Below, in pieces: positions 18,947 through 29,755 of a stretch of DNA of 64,000 bases. How positions within the stretch are numbered: the stretch's first letter is position 1; every line of letters begins with the position of its first letter. The position numbers were made by a program, and so were the translations under genes. The notes under the pieces are model-generated. The model was not told the origin of the DNA, ran no database searches, and saw nothing but the letters and a program-made list of their open reading frames with translations. This DNA is from a virus. Location of the stretch: the IMG/VR virus record IMGVR_UViG_3300020187_003193. One strand, 5' to 3'.

Positions 18947-21900
18947 ATGGCAGAATGGAAAAAGGTCGTCGTCTCCGGTAGCGACGTATCACAATTAACA
19001 AATGATGCGAATTACTTAGTAGATGGCCAAGAGGGAGCAGTCCTTTCCGGTTCATTTACAGGTTCATTCTCAGGAGACGGATCTGGACTTACTGGTATTG
19101 CCTCTACTCTAAGCTTAGCAGGAGATGCAGGTACTGACTCTATCAATCTCAAAACCGAAACATTAACTATTGACGGTACTAAGGGTATTTCTACTTCCAT
19201 TGATGCCGCTAGTAATACAATTACTGTTAGTGGTAATGCTTTAAGCGCATCTGTTTCTACTGAAACTAACGCAAATAAAGTTGCTGCTGCTACAAATGCA
19301 AGTAATATTACTGCATTAAGTGGTTCAGCTTCAGCTGATAGAACAGCAATTAAAGGTGCTGCTACTACATTAGCAGGAAGAGTTACTACAGCTGAAGGAG
19401 AAATTGATACTCTTCAAAGTGATGCTACTGCATTAACTACAAGAGTAACTACAGCTGAAGGGGATATTTCCGATATCGAAACTGCAGCTACAACTTTAGC
19501 AGGTAGAGTAACTACGGCTGAAGGAGACATTTCTGATATCGAAACCGCCGCTACAACATTAGCAGGGAGAGTTTCTGATAACGAAACTGCTATTGCAACT
19601 AATGCAACTGATATTGCTACTGAAAAAGGTAGAGTAGATGCAATTTTAGACGCTTCATCAGCTGATAAAGATTCATTTGCAGAGATTGTAACTTTAATCA
19701 ACTCAGTAGATACAGCTAACGACGACGCACTTGCAGGATACGTATTATCTAATAATACTAGATCAACTACAATTGAAAGTGCCTCTGCTGCATTATCAGG
19801 TAGAGTAACTTCAAACGAAGATGCAATTGCTGCATTAGACGATACTTACGCTACAGAAGCTGAAGTTGCTTCTGCTGTTCTTGCTTTAAGCGGATCAGCT
19901 GCAGCTAAACAAGCTGCTAACACGGCTGCTATCGTTGCAAATGATGGTGAAATTGCTACGTTACAATCAGATGCTACTGCTTTAACAGCTAGAGTAGGTG
20001 CTAACGAAGATGCCATTGCAGCCTTAGACGATACTTACGCTACAGATGCAGAAATTGCAAGTGCTGTAAGCGCATTAAGTGGTTCAGCTTCTGCAGATAG
20101 AACAATAATTAAAAATAGTGTTAGTTCTGAAGCTACTACAAGAGCAGCTGCAGATACAACATTACAGGGAAATATTGACAGTGAAGCTTCTACAAGAGCA
20201 GCAGCTGATACAACCTTACAAAGTAATATAGATTCTGAAGCAGCTACTAGATTAGCTAATGATAATACATTACAATCTAACATTAATGCACTAAGCAGCT
20301 CAGCTTCTACAGACAGAAATGTAATAAAATCTGAATTAGACGGTAAAATTACTACTGAAAAAGGTAGAATTGACGCTATTTTAAGTGCAGCCGATGCTGA
20401 TTACGATACTTTTGCTGAAATTGTAGGATTAATAAACTCAGTAGATACTGAAAATGATACAGCGTTTGGTACATATGTAACAAATAATAATGCTAGAGTA
20501 GCAGCTGTAGAAGGAGAAGTAGATGCTTTACAACTAGATTCAGCTTCATTTTCTGTAAGAGTAAAAGCAAACGAAGATGCAATTTCTGACTTAGATAATG
20601 TTTACGCTACAGATGCACAAGTAACTAGTGCAGTTTCTGCTTTAAGTAGTTCAGCTGCTGCTAAACAAGCAATTAATGCTGCTTCAATTACTTCTTTAAG
20701 CGGTTCAGCTTCTACAGACAGAAATGTAATTAAATCTGCTCTACAAGCTAATATCGATGCTGAAGAAACAGCAAGAATTGCAGCCGACGGAGTATTACAA
20801 GGTAATATAGATTCAGAAGCCTCTACAAGATCAGCTGCTGATGCAACTTTACAAAGTAATATTACAGCATTAAGCGGATCAGCTCACGATAAGAGAGAGC
20901 TAATCAAAACTGATGTTGCTACTAACGTAAGTGCTATTTCTGGATTAGATACTAGATTAACTACTGCCGAAGGAGATATTACAGATATCGAAACAGCAGC
21001 TTCTACATTAGCTGGAAGAGTTACTACTAACGAAGGAAATATTGCAACTAATGCTTCTGGCATAGCTGCTAACGTAAGTAGTATTTCTGCATTAAGCAGT
21101 TCAGCTTCAACAGATAGAAATGCTATAAAATCCGAATTAGAAGGAGATATTTCTTCATTAAGCGGATCAGTTTCTACAGATATTCAAGCAGAAAAAGGTA
21201 GAATTGATGCAATACTTTTAGCTTCAGATGCTGATAAGGATTCATTTGCAGAAATCGTTACCTTAATCAACTCTGTTGATACAGAAAATGATTCAGCATT
21301 TGCAGGATACGTTTCTACAAATGATGCAAGATCTACTACAATTGAAAGTGCTTCTGCTGCTTTAGCAACAAGAGTAACTTCAAATGAAGATGCAATTGCA
21401 GATTTAGATAACGTTTACGCTACAGATGCTCAAGTAACTTCTGCAGTAAATACCATTAGTGGATCAGCTTCAGCAGACAGAACAGTTATCAAAACAGCTG
21501 CCACTGCTTTAACAAGCAGAGTTTCTACAAACGAAAGTGATATTACTGCAATCGAAAATGCAGCTACTGCTTTAAATAGTAGAGTAGGTGCTAACGAAGA
21601 TGCAATTGCTGCCTTAGATGATACTTATGCTACAGATGCTCAAGTTACTAGTGCCGTAAGTGCCCTTAGTGGATCAGCTTCTACAGACAGAAATGCTATT
21701 AAATCTGAATTAGCTTCTGATATTTCAGACGAAGCTACTGCAAGATCTTCTGCTGATACAACATTACAAGGAAATATAGATTCAGAAGCTACTACAAGAG
21801 CAGCTGCTGATACAACATTACAAGGAAATATTGACAGTGAAGCAACAGCTAGAGCTTCAGCTGATAGTACATTACAATCTAATATTAATAGCTTATCAGG

Positions 21901-24900
21901 TTCAGCTTCAGCAGATAGAACAGCAATTAAAGCTTCTGTTGCTACTGAAAAAGGTAGAATTGACGCTATTTTAAGTGCGGCTGATGCTGATAAAGATTCA
22001 TTCGCAGAAATTGTTACTTTAATCAACTCTGTTGATACTGAAAACGATACAGCATTTGCAGGATATGTTTCTACAAACGATGCTAGAGTATTAGCAGTAG
22101 AAGGAGATATTACTGATATTGAAACTGCAGCTACAGCATTAACTAGTAGAGTAGGTGCTAACGAAGATGCAATTGCAGCTCTAGACGATACTTACGCTAC
22201 TGAAGCAGAAGTTGCTACTGCAGTAAGTGATCATAGTGGATCAGCTTCAACTGCTAGAGAATTAATCAAAACTGATTTAAACTCTTTAAGCGGTTCAGCT
22301 TCAACTGATAGAAATGCTATCAAATCTGAATTACTTTCTGATATTTCAGATGAAGAAACTAGAGCATTAGCTGCAGAAGGTGTTCTTCAAGATAATATCG
22401 ATGCTGAAGAAACAGCAAGAACTACTGCTGATTCTACCTTACAAAGTAATATTACAGCATTAAGCGGATCAGCTCACGTTAAAAGAGAAGCTATTAAAGC
22501 TGATGTTGCTACCAACGCAAGTAACATTGCTACTAACACAGCAGATATCGCTACTGAAAAAGGTAGAATTGATGCTATTTTAGACGCTTCTGAGGCAGAT
22601 AAGGATTCATTCGCTGAAATCGTAACATTAATCAACTCTGTTGATACAGAAAACGATACGGCATTTGGTACTTATGTAACAAATAATAATTCAAGATCTA
22701 CTACAATTGAAAGTGCTTCTGCTGCATTAGCAGGTAGAGTAACTACAGCTGAAGGAGAAATTGATACACTTCAAAGCGACGCTTCTACTTTATCTGGTAG
22801 AGTAGATACAGCTGAAAGTGACATTAATACAATTGAAAGTGCTTCTGCTGCTTTATCTGGTAGAGTAACTGCAAACGAAAGTGCACTTGCTTCTTTAGAT
22901 GATACTTATGCTACAGAAACAGAAGTTTCAGATGCAGTTTCTGCATTAAGTAGTTCAGCTGCCGCTAAACAAGCAATTAATGCTGCTGCAATCACTTCAT
23001 TGAGTGGATCAGCTTCAACTGATAGAAATGCTATCAAATCTGAATTAGACGGTAAAATTACTACTGAAAAAGGAAGAATTGACGCTATTTTAAGTGCTGC
23101 TGACGCAGATAAAGATTCATTCGCTGAGATTGTTACCTTAATTAATAGCGTAGATACTGAAAACGATACAGCTTTTGCAGGATATGTTTCTACAAATGAC
23201 GCTAGAGTATTAGCTGTAGAAGGTGAAGTAGATGCCCTACAATTAGATTCAGCTTCATTCTCGACAAGAGTATTAGCAAACGAAGAGGCAATTGCCGATT
23301 TAGATAATGTTTATGCTACAGATGCTCAAGTAACTAGTGCTGTAAATGCATTAAGCGGTTCAGCTTCAGCAGACAGAACAGTTATTAAAGCTAGTATTGT
23401 ATCTGAAACATCTGTTAGATCATCAGCTGATACAACTTTACAAAGCAATATAGATAGTGAAGCTACAACAAGAGCAGCTGCAGATACAACTTTACAAGGT
23501 AATATCGATGCTGAAGAAACAGCTAGAATTGCTGCAGATGGTACACTACAATCTAACATCACTGCTTTAAGTGGATCAGCTCACGTTAAAAGAGAAGCTA
23601 TTAAAGCTGATGTTGCTACTAACACATCCGCTATTGCTACTGAAAAAGGTAGAATTGATGCAATCCTAGATGCTTCAGACGCCGATAAGGATTCATTCGC
23701 TGAAATCGTAACATTAATCAACAGTGTTGATACAGAAAACGATACAGCATTCGGATCTTATGTTACTTCAAACAATGCTAAAGTAACAAAATTAGAAGCT
23801 ACTGCTTCTGAGCATGCTGCTTTATTAGCAGATGGTGTAGTAGATATTACTTCTGCTCAAACTATCACTGGAGATAAAACATTCACTGGAGAAGTAGTAA
23901 TAGGCGGAAATGCATTCCCAACAGATTCAGGTCTATATGGTCAAACATTCACAACAGACGGTAATGGTCAATTAACTTGGACAGAAACACCAGGAAGTGG
24001 TTCGACTAAGAAATTAAACCAAACTGAAGCTGCAGTAACTTGGTCATTCTTACACGACTTAGATGAAGTGTACCCAATGGTACAAGTTTACGATTCTAAT
24101 GGTGACATGGTCATTCCAGAAAGAATTGAATCTATAGATCAAAATAATGTTAAAATTTACTTCTCTGAGCCTACTACTGGGGTCGCGGCCGCAATGGTTG
24201 GTCAGATGGGTATTAGTGCTTCAAACGCTACAAGAGCTACAAGTGCTTCAGTTGCTGACAGAGCCACTACTTTAAGCGCAGATGCTACTGCTTCATTCGC
24301 TTTATTAGCAGGTAGTGCTAGAAACGCAGATAGCGCTTCAGTTGCCGCTATAGCCACTGAATTAAGCGCAGACGCTACAGCATCATACGCTCTATTAGCT
24401 AGTACAGTACACGATGGTAATATTTCAACTGCCAAAATTGCAGACGATGCTGTAACAGCAGATAAATTAGCTGATACAGATGTAACTGCAGGAAGCTATG
24501 GTAGTTCAACTGCTATACCAACCTTTACAGTAGATGCTCAAGGTCGTTTAACGGCTGCAGGCGAAGCTTCAATTTCAACTGATTTAAATATTGCTGGCGA
24601 CAGTGGTACAGATACAGTAGGAAGCTCAGATACTTTAACATTCTCAGGTACAGCAAATGAAATTGTAACAGCTGTTACAGATAACACAGTTACAGTTAGT
24701 TTACCAGACGATGTAACAATTGGTAATGATTTAACAGTTACTACTGATGCCTCTATTGGTGGAAACTTAACCGTAACAGGTAACTTCAGCGTATTAGGAG
24801 ATACTACTACAGTTAACACTTCTAACCTATTAGTTGAAGATAAATTTATCTTACTAAATTCTGGTTCAGCAGATCCAGATACAGGAGGTATTATTATCGA

Positions 24901-25117
24901 CGAAGGTTCAGGAACTGGTCACGCTTATATATTCGACCCAGTATCTGACAGATTTGGATTTAACGCAGCTGTTGCCCACAACGCTGGAACTGCTACTCCA
25001 TCAGCATTTGCTGCTGCAGTAATAGACGAAGCCGCAGGACACAGTGATTCAGCTGAATACCAAAAAGCTGGTAACATTAGAGTTGCTGCAAACGGTGATA
25101 TTTTTATCTACTCGTAA
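18947..25117 (+). CDS. Giant modular coiled-coil fibre/whisker protein, 2056 aa
   Basis: Ala/Thr/Ser/Asp-rich heptad-like modules and seven EKGR(I/V)DAIL...FAEIV.LINSVDT.ND units. C-terminal beta domains. Confidence 0.8.
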   Translation: MAEWKKVVVSGSDVSQLTNDANYLVDGQEGAVLSGSFTGSFSGDGSGLTGIASTLSLAGDAGTDSINLKTETLTIDGTKGISTSIDAASNTITVSGNALSASVSTETNANKVAAATNASNITALSGSASADRTAIKGAATTLAGRVTTAEGEIDTLQSDATALTTRVTTAEGDISDIETAATTLAGRVTTAEGDISDIETAATTLAGRVSDNETAIATNATDIATEKGRVDAILDASSADKDSFAEIVTLINSVDTANDDALAGYVLSNNTRSTTIESASAALSGRVTSNEDAIAALDDTYATEAEVASAVLALSGSAAAKQAANTAAIVANDGEIATLQSDATALTARVGANEDAIAALDDTYATDAEIASAVSALSGSASADRTIIKNSVSSEATTRAAADTTLQGNIDSEASTRAAADTTLQSNIDSEAATRLANDNTLQSNINALSSSASTDRNVIKSELDGKITTEKGRIDAILSAADADYDTFAEIVGLINSVDTENDTAFGTYVTNNNARVAAVEGEVDALQLDSASFSVRVKANEDAISDLDNVYATDAQVTSAVSALSSSAAAKQAINAASITSLSGSASTDRNVIKSALQANIDAEETARIAADGVLQGNIDSEASTRSAADATLQSNITALSGSAHDKRELIKTDVATNVSAISGLDTRLTTAEGDITDIETAASTLAGRVTTNEGNIATNASGIAANVSSISALSSSASTDRNAIKSELEGDISSLSGSVSTDIQAEKGRIDAILLASDADKDSFAEIVTLINSVDTENDSAFAGYVSTNDARSTTIESASAALATRVTSNEDAIADLDNVYATDAQVTSAVNTISGSASADRTVIKTAATALTSRVSTNESDITAIENAATALNSRVGANEDAIAALDDTYATDAQVTSAVSALSGSASTDRNAIKSELASDISDEATARSSADTTLQGNIDSEATTRAAADTTLQGNIDSEATARASADSTLQSNINSLSGSASADRTAIKASVATEKGRIDAILSAADADKDSFAEIVTLINSVDTENDTAFAGYVSTNDARVLAVEGDITDIETAATALTSRVGANEDAIAALDDTYATEAEVATAVSDHSGSASTARELIKTDLNSLSGSASTDRNAIKSELLSDISDEETRALAAEGVLQDNIDAEETARTTADSTLQSNITALSGSAHVKREAIKADVATNASNIATNTADIATEKGRIDAILDASEADKDSFAEIVTLINSVDTENDTAFGTYVTNNNSRSTTIESASAALAGRVTTAEGEIDTLQSDASTLSGRVDTAESDINTIESASAALSGRVTANESALASLDDTYATETEVSDAVSALSSSAAAKQAINAAAITSLSGSASTDRNAIKSELDGKITTEKGRIDAILSAADADKDSFAEIVTLINSVDTENDTAFAGYVSTNDARVLAVEGEVDALQLDSASFSTRVLANEEAIADLDNVYATDAQVTSAVNALSGSASADRTVIKASIVSETSVRSSADTTLQSNIDSEATTRAAADTTLQGNIDAEETARIAADGTLQSNITALSGSAHVKREAIKADVATNTSAIATEKGRIDAILDASDADKDSFAEIVTLINSVDTENDTAFGSYVTSNNAKVTKLEATASEHAALLADGVVDITSAQTITGDKTFTGEVVIGGNAFPTDSGLYGQTFTTDGNGQLTWTETPGSGSTKKLNQTEAAVTWSFLHDLDEVYPMVQVYDSNGDMVIPERIESIDQNNVKIYFSEPTTGVAAAMVGQMGISASNATRATSASVADRATTLSADATASFALLAGSARNADSASVAAIATELSADATASYALLASTVHDGNISTAKIADDAVTADKLADTDVTAGSYGSSTAIPTFTVDAQGRLTAAGEASISTDLNIAGDSGTDTVGSSDTLTFSGTANEIVTAVTDNTVTVSLPDDVTIGNDLTVTTDASIGGNLTVTGNFSVLGDTTTVNTSNLLVEDKFILLNSGSADPDTGGIIIDEGSGTGHAYIFDPVSDRFGFNAAVAHNAGTATPSAFAAAVIDEAAGHSDSAEYQKAGNIRVAANGDIFIYS
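19622..23790 (+). repeat. Seven dispersed ~40-aa EKGRIDAIL..ADKDSFAEIVTLINSVDTEND modules with shuffled spacer modules
   Basis: Module starts at 19622, 20357, 21191, 21947, 22556, 23066 and 23642. Confidence 0.9.
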
Positions 25118-25134
25118 CAACTAAATAACAATTT

Positions 25135-25167
25135 AAGAGCCCCTTTGCTAACGCAGAGGGGTTTCTT
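25135..25167 (+). terminator. Rho-independent terminator
   Basis: AAGAGCCCCTTTGC-TAAC-GCAGAGGGGTTTCTT. Confidence 0.8.
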
Positions 25168-25195
25168 ATATTTATGATAAACATACTATAACGTT

Positions 25196-25405
25196 ATGGG
25201 ATTATTAGACAAAATTACAAGAAAAGAACAAGCAGCTCCTTCAACACCTAAGATATCTAAAGAAGACTTATCTTTAAATGCTGAAGAAACAAAAATTTTA
25301 TTACACTTAATTAAAAATAGTAATTTTAAAGGAGATAGTGTAGAATTAGTATACGAACTCACTAAAAAACTCCAGTCAGTACTTACGGTTCTGTCTCAAA
25401 ATTAA
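25196..25405 (+). CDS. Small hypothetical protein, 69 aa
   Basis: Has its own ATATTTAT motif and a GTTATG start context. Confidence 0.6.
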   Translation: MGLLDKITRKEQAAPSTPKISKEDLSLNAEETKILLHLIKNSNFKGDSVELVYELTKKLQSVLTVLSQN

Positions 25406-25481
25406 TATTTATACTGGAGTATTATCGGCCCCTAGGGGAAGTGGACATCCTATGATGTAACCAACCATAATAAAATAGTAT

Positions 25482-28400
25482 ATGCCAAATTGGAAAAAAT
25501 TAATCGTCAGTGGTTCTGACGCAAACCTATCTTCATTACACGTAGCAGGAGCATTAACCGCCTCATCTGCTTACTTAGAATCTGCCTCAATTGGTCATTT
25601 ACAGACCATATACGAGACAGCTTCCGTCATTTATAGCTCAGGTTCAACCAAATTTGGAGATACACCAGATGATACTCATGAAGTAACTGGTTCTTTACTA
25701 GTTAAAGGAAACACAAATGTAGAAGGTCACATTATACCTTCCAATGACAATACCTACGATTTAGGTTCACCTACTAAACAATTTAGAGATTTATTTTTAT
25801 CCTCTGCCTCTTTATATATTGATGGAACAAAAGTTCTATCTTCTAATGCAGATACACTTACTTTTACAACAGATGTAGGACAGAGTATAAAATTACTAGA
25901 GACAGGAGGAGACGATATAACTCTTCAAACTGATACGGGTAATATAGAATTAAAAGGAACTGTAGAAATACAATCCGGTAAAAAAATCACAGATAGTTCA
26001 GGTAATATAGTATTATTTGGAAATTCTATAGGAATAACAGGTAGTATAGAAACTACGGGAACAATAGATGGTATAGACCTGCAAGCATATTCAGGATCAA
26101 TTAATACTAGAATCATATCATTAGAATCGGGTTCAGCAGATGGTACATCAGGAAGCTCAGGATCTTCAGGATCATCGGGTTCATCAGGAACATCAGGTTC
26201 ATCTGGATCTTCAGGTAGCTCAGGTTCTTCAGGTACAAATGGTACAGACGGAACTTCAGGATCATCTGGCTCATCAGGAACATCAGGCTCATCAGGACCT
26301 TCAGGTTCATCTGGTACATCTGGTAGCTCGGGTACTTCAGGTTCAAGTGGTTCAAGTGGTACATCCGGTAGCTCTGGTACTTCAGGTACAAGTGGTTCAT
26401 CAGGAACATCAGGAAATTCAGGCTCAAGCGGTTCTTCAGGTTCATCAGGATCTTCAGGTTCATCTGGTACAGATGGTACATCAGGTTCAAGCGGATCTTC
26501 AGGTTCATCAGGAAGTTCAGGCTCAAGTGGCTCTTCAGGTTCATCTGGTACATCCGGAAGCTCGGGCTCATCAGGTACAAATGGTACAGATGGAACTTCA
26601 GGCTCATCAGGTTCATCAGGTACTTCTGGAGAACAGGGAATACAGGGAGAAACAGGCCCTGCTGGTGACAATGGTACATCAGGAAGTTCAGGATCTTCAG
26701 GATCAGATGGAACTTCAGGTTCATCAGGTACTTCAGGTGTAGATGGAGCAGACGGAACATCCGGTAGCTCAGGTTCATCTGGAATAGATGGAACAAGTGG
26801 TGTTGATGGAACTTCAGGTTCTTCAGGTACATCAGGAGAAGCAGGCTCAAGTGGCTCATCAGGTTCATCAGGTTCTTCAGGAACATCTGGCGAAACCGGC
26901 CCAACAGGCCCAGCAGGTAATGACGGAACATCAGGAAGCTCAGGTTCTTCAGGTGCAATTGGCCCCGTAGGTCCCTTAGGACCAACAGGACCAACAGGAG
27001 CACAAGGTCCAACAGGACCACAAGGAGTAGCAGGTACAGGTATCACAATGCAAGGTAGCGTTGCGACAACAGGAGATTTACCTAGCTCAAACAATACACA
27101 AGGTGATGCTTATATAGTCCAAACAGACGATTCACTTCATATATGGGATGGAACAGTATGGGTAAGTGGAGGTTCAATTCAAGGACCAACTGGTCCAACA
27201 GGAGCTACAGGACCAACTGGACCAACTGGACCACAAGGTTTAACAGGATCTGATGGAGCAACTGGCCCAACAGGACCAACTGGAGCATCAGGTACATCAG
27301 GAAGTTCAGGTTCATCCGGAGCAACCGGAGCTACAGGAGCTACTGGCCCACAAGGTGCTACAGGACCTGCAGGTACTTCTGGTTCTTCAGGAACATCAGG
27401 AGCTACAGGAGCTACTGGCCCACAGGGTGCTACAGGACCACAAGGTGCAACTGGACCAACAGGCGCAACAGGAGCAACAGGCGCTTCAGGTACATCAGGA
27501 AGTTCAGGAACATCAGGAGCAACAGGCGCAACAGGTGCAACTGGAGCATCAGGTACATCAGGCTCTTCAGGCACATCGGGTTCATCAGGAACATCAGGAA
27601 GTTCAGGAACATCAGGCGCAACAGGAGCCACAGGTGCTACTGGTCCACAAGGTGCAACAGGTCCCGCAGGAACATCAGGTTCAAGTGGTACATCTGGAGC
27701 AACAGGAGCCACAGGTGCAACTGGAGCTACTGGAGCATCAGGTACATCGGGCTCATCTGGAACTTCAGGTTCATCTGGAACATCAGGTGTAAATGGAGGA
27801 ACTGGACCAACAGGACCTACTGGAGCAGCAGGAACATCAGGTTCATCAGGAACATCAGGTGCTACAGGACCTACAGGACCAACAGGCGCAAAAGGTAATA
27901 CTGGAAATACTGGACCTACGGGCCCAACAGGAGCAACAGGTGCTTCAGGAACATCAGGTTCTTCTGGTACATCAGGTACAGTTCCCTTTGCTACTGCAGC
28001 GGTAACAAGTACAACTACTACAGCTTTTATTTCTGAGTTGTATAGTGATGGATACTTAGCTACAAACTCACTTAGAGCAGGAAAAACATCTTGGTCATAT
28101 GCAGGAAATGGTGATTTATCAGATACAGGATATGGTACCTTCGAATTAGCAGGCTGTTCTATATTAGGATGGGATGCTGGAGGGCTTGAAACTGTAATGG
28201 TTATTAGACCCACTACTGGGGGTGGAGGAGGACAAATCCTAGTTTATAATAACCAGTCCACATCATATTCACCAGGCTGGAGACAAATCCTAACATCAAC
28301 TACAGACGGATATCTACCTAGGTTGTATGATACAAACAACACAAACTATTATTTAGATCCTGCAAGTACATCTGTTTTTAATACAATATCTGCTGGGGGT

Positions 28401-29330
28401 AATATTACTGCTACTGAATTTTATGCCAATAACTGGTTTAGAAATAATAATACCAATGAAGGCATGTACAACCAAGCAACGGGGCAACATTGGTATTCTG
28501 ATGATGATGATTGGTGGAACATAGGAGGAGGAACTACTGCTAATGGTATTAGGTTTAGAGATGAGCATGGTGGTACTATAAGGGGAGCAGTTTATGCTGA
28601 TAATACAAATAGTGTTGGTTTATTAGATTCTGATCTAAACTGGGCTATAAAACATGTTCGGGATTCAAGAACTGAATTTTACATAAACAATGTTGAAGTA
28701 GCAGAAATAAACGCAGACTATTTACAACATAATAGCGATGTTAGGTCTCCTTTATTTTATATATCAGATAGTACAGCTAATAGATTTACGGCAGGGGCAC
28801 TTTATTTAAGCTCCACCTCTCCTACTATGTACTTTAGAGACACCAATGGAAATTCTGCAATGCTCCATAATAACTCTAATTTATTTTATATATTAAGGGG
28901 TAATACTAATTCTGAAACATGGACGCAAGTTAATGGACAGTGGCCTGTTTATTGGGATTTATCAAATAATAATGCTACTTTTGGAGGGAATTTAACTTTA
29001 GCAGGTACTATAACTGAAAATTCAGATATAAAGTTAAAAGAAAATATAGAAACTATAGATGGTGCACTGGATAAAGTAAACCAACTTAGAGGAGTATATT
29101 ATAATAAAATAGTAGACGAAGATAAAAAAAGAAGAATAGGTGTAATAGCACAAGAAATTCAAGAAGTTCTTCCTGAAGTTGTGGATCTACATCAAGATGC
29201 AGAAGATACTGAAGGTACGCTAACTGTATCATATAGTAATATTACAGCTTTGCTTATTGAAGGTATGAAAGAGTTATCAAAACAAAACAAAGATTTGCTC
29301 GCTAGAATAGAAAAATTAGAAAAACAATAA
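25482..29330 (+). CDS. Collagen-like tail fibre with a receptor-binding region and a C-terminal peptidase S74 domain
   Basis: 1282 aa. Gly-X-Y blocks at 26142-27041 and 27183-27977 are separated by a small knob domain. YYLDPAS and NNWFR modules. C-terminal SDIKLKENI...LRGVYY...GVIAQE. Confidence 0.85.
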   Translation: MPNWKKLIVSGSDANLSSLHVAGALTASSAYLESASIGHLQTIYETASVIYSSGSTKFGDTPDDTHEVTGSLLVKGNTNVEGHIIPSNDNTYDLGSPTKQFRDLFLSSASLYIDGTKVLSSNADTLTFTTDVGQSIKLLETGGDDITLQTDTGNIELKGTVEIQSGKKITDSSGNIVLFGNSIGITGSIETTGTIDGIDLQAYSGSINTRIISLESGSADGTSGSSGSSGSSGSSGTSGSSGSSGSSGSSGTNGTDGTSGSSGSSGTSGSSGPSGSSGTSGSSGTSGSSGSSGTSGSSGTSGTSGSSGTSGNSGSSGSSGSSGSSGSSGTDGTSGSSGSSGSSGSSGSSGSSGSSGTSGSSGSSGTNGTDGTSGSSGSSGTSGEQGIQGETGPAGDNGTSGSSGSSGSDGTSGSSGTSGVDGADGTSGSSGSSGIDGTSGVDGTSGSSGTSGEAGSSGSSGSSGSSGTSGETGPTGPAGNDGTSGSSGSSGAIGPVGPLGPTGPTGAQGPTGPQGVAGTGITMQGSVATTGDLPSSNNTQGDAYIVQTDDSLHIWDGTVWVSGGSIQGPTGPTGATGPTGPTGPQGLTGSDGATGPTGPTGASGTSGSSGSSGATGATGATGPQGATGPAGTSGSSGTSGATGATGPQGATGPQGATGPTGATGATGASGTSGSSGTSGATGATGATGASGTSGSSGTSGSSGTSGSSGTSGATGATGATGPQGATGPAGTSGSSGTSGATGATGATGATGASGTSGSSGTSGSSGTSGVNGGTGPTGPTGAAGTSGSSGTSGATGPTGPTGAKGNTGNTGPTGPTGATGASGTSGSSGTSGTVPFATAAVTSTTTTAFISELYSDGYLATNSLRAGKTSWSYAGNGDLSDTGYGTFELAGCSILGWDAGGLETVMVIRPTTGGGGGQILVYNNQSTSYSPGWRQILTSTTDGYLPRLYDTNNTNYYLDPASTSVFNTISAGGNITATEFYANNWFRNNNTNEGMYNQATGQHWYSDDDDWWNIGGGTTANGIRFRDEHGGTIRGAVYADNTNSVGLLDSDLNWAIKHVRDSRTEFYINNVEVAEINADYLQHNSDVRSPLFYISDSTANRFTAGALYLSSTSPTMYFRDTNGNSAMLHNNSNLFYILRGNTNSETWTQVNGQWPVYWDLSNNNATFGGNLTLAGTITENSDIKLKENIETIDGALDKVNQLRGVYYNKIVDEDKKRRIGVIAQEIQEVLPEVVDLHQDAEDTEGTLTVSYSNITALLIEGMKELSKQNKDLLARIEKLEKQ
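26142..27977 (+). repeat. Gly-X-Y repeats ([15 protein letters not shown]) interrupted once by a ~47-aa knob
   Basis: Gly at every third residue in both blocks. Confidence 0.95.
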
Positions 29331-29333
29331 ATT

Positions 29334-29660
29334 ATGAATATTACTTATACCTGGTCAATTACAGGACTAAAAAGATCCCCATCATTAAACGGATTAACTA
29401 ATGTTGTTACTGGGATCAAATTTAACTACACAGGAGTAGATTCAGAATCTGGAGAAAGTTATACCTTTCCAGGAGCAGTTCCAGTAGGAGAACCTTCCCC
29501 TGATAACTTTACATCCTTTGAGAGTTTAACTGAAGCTGATATTATTAGTTGGGCACAAGCAAATCATCCTACAGACCATATGAATAAAAGGGTTGAGGAA
29601 GCTATTGCTAGGAAAATTTCTCCTATTGAAGAAGATATTCCTCTCCCATGGTCAAGTTAG
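29334..29660 (+). CDS. Small fibre-associated protein
   Basis: 108 aa. ITYTWSITGLK...FESLTEADIISW, a type commonly found right after S74-bearing fibre genes. Confidence 0.5.
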   Translation: MNITYTWSITGLKRSPSLNGLTNVVTGIKFNYTGVDSESGESYTFPGAVPVGEPSPDNFTSFESLTEADIISWAQANHPTDHMNKRVEEAIARKISPIEEDIPLPWSS

Positions 29661-29755
29661 TTATAAAAACTTAAACAAAACTAATAAAGTTTATTCAAAA
29701 TAATTAATATTTATCATAGAATAAAGCTCATTAACCCAACTCAAAACAACAAACA

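Noticed and set aside
19622-23790. Regularly recurring ~100-nt DNA repeats resembling a CRISPR array or DGR template/variable repeats
   Set aside because: The repeats are in-frame coding modules with synonymous differences and 500-830 nt coding spacers. No cas gene, no reverse transcriptase, and no adenine-specific mismatch pattern seen.
19012-24819. Several 60-130 aa minus-strand ORFs inside the 2056-aa fibre
   Set aside because: They recur with the repeated modules, are antisense to a strong ORF, and have no independent signals.
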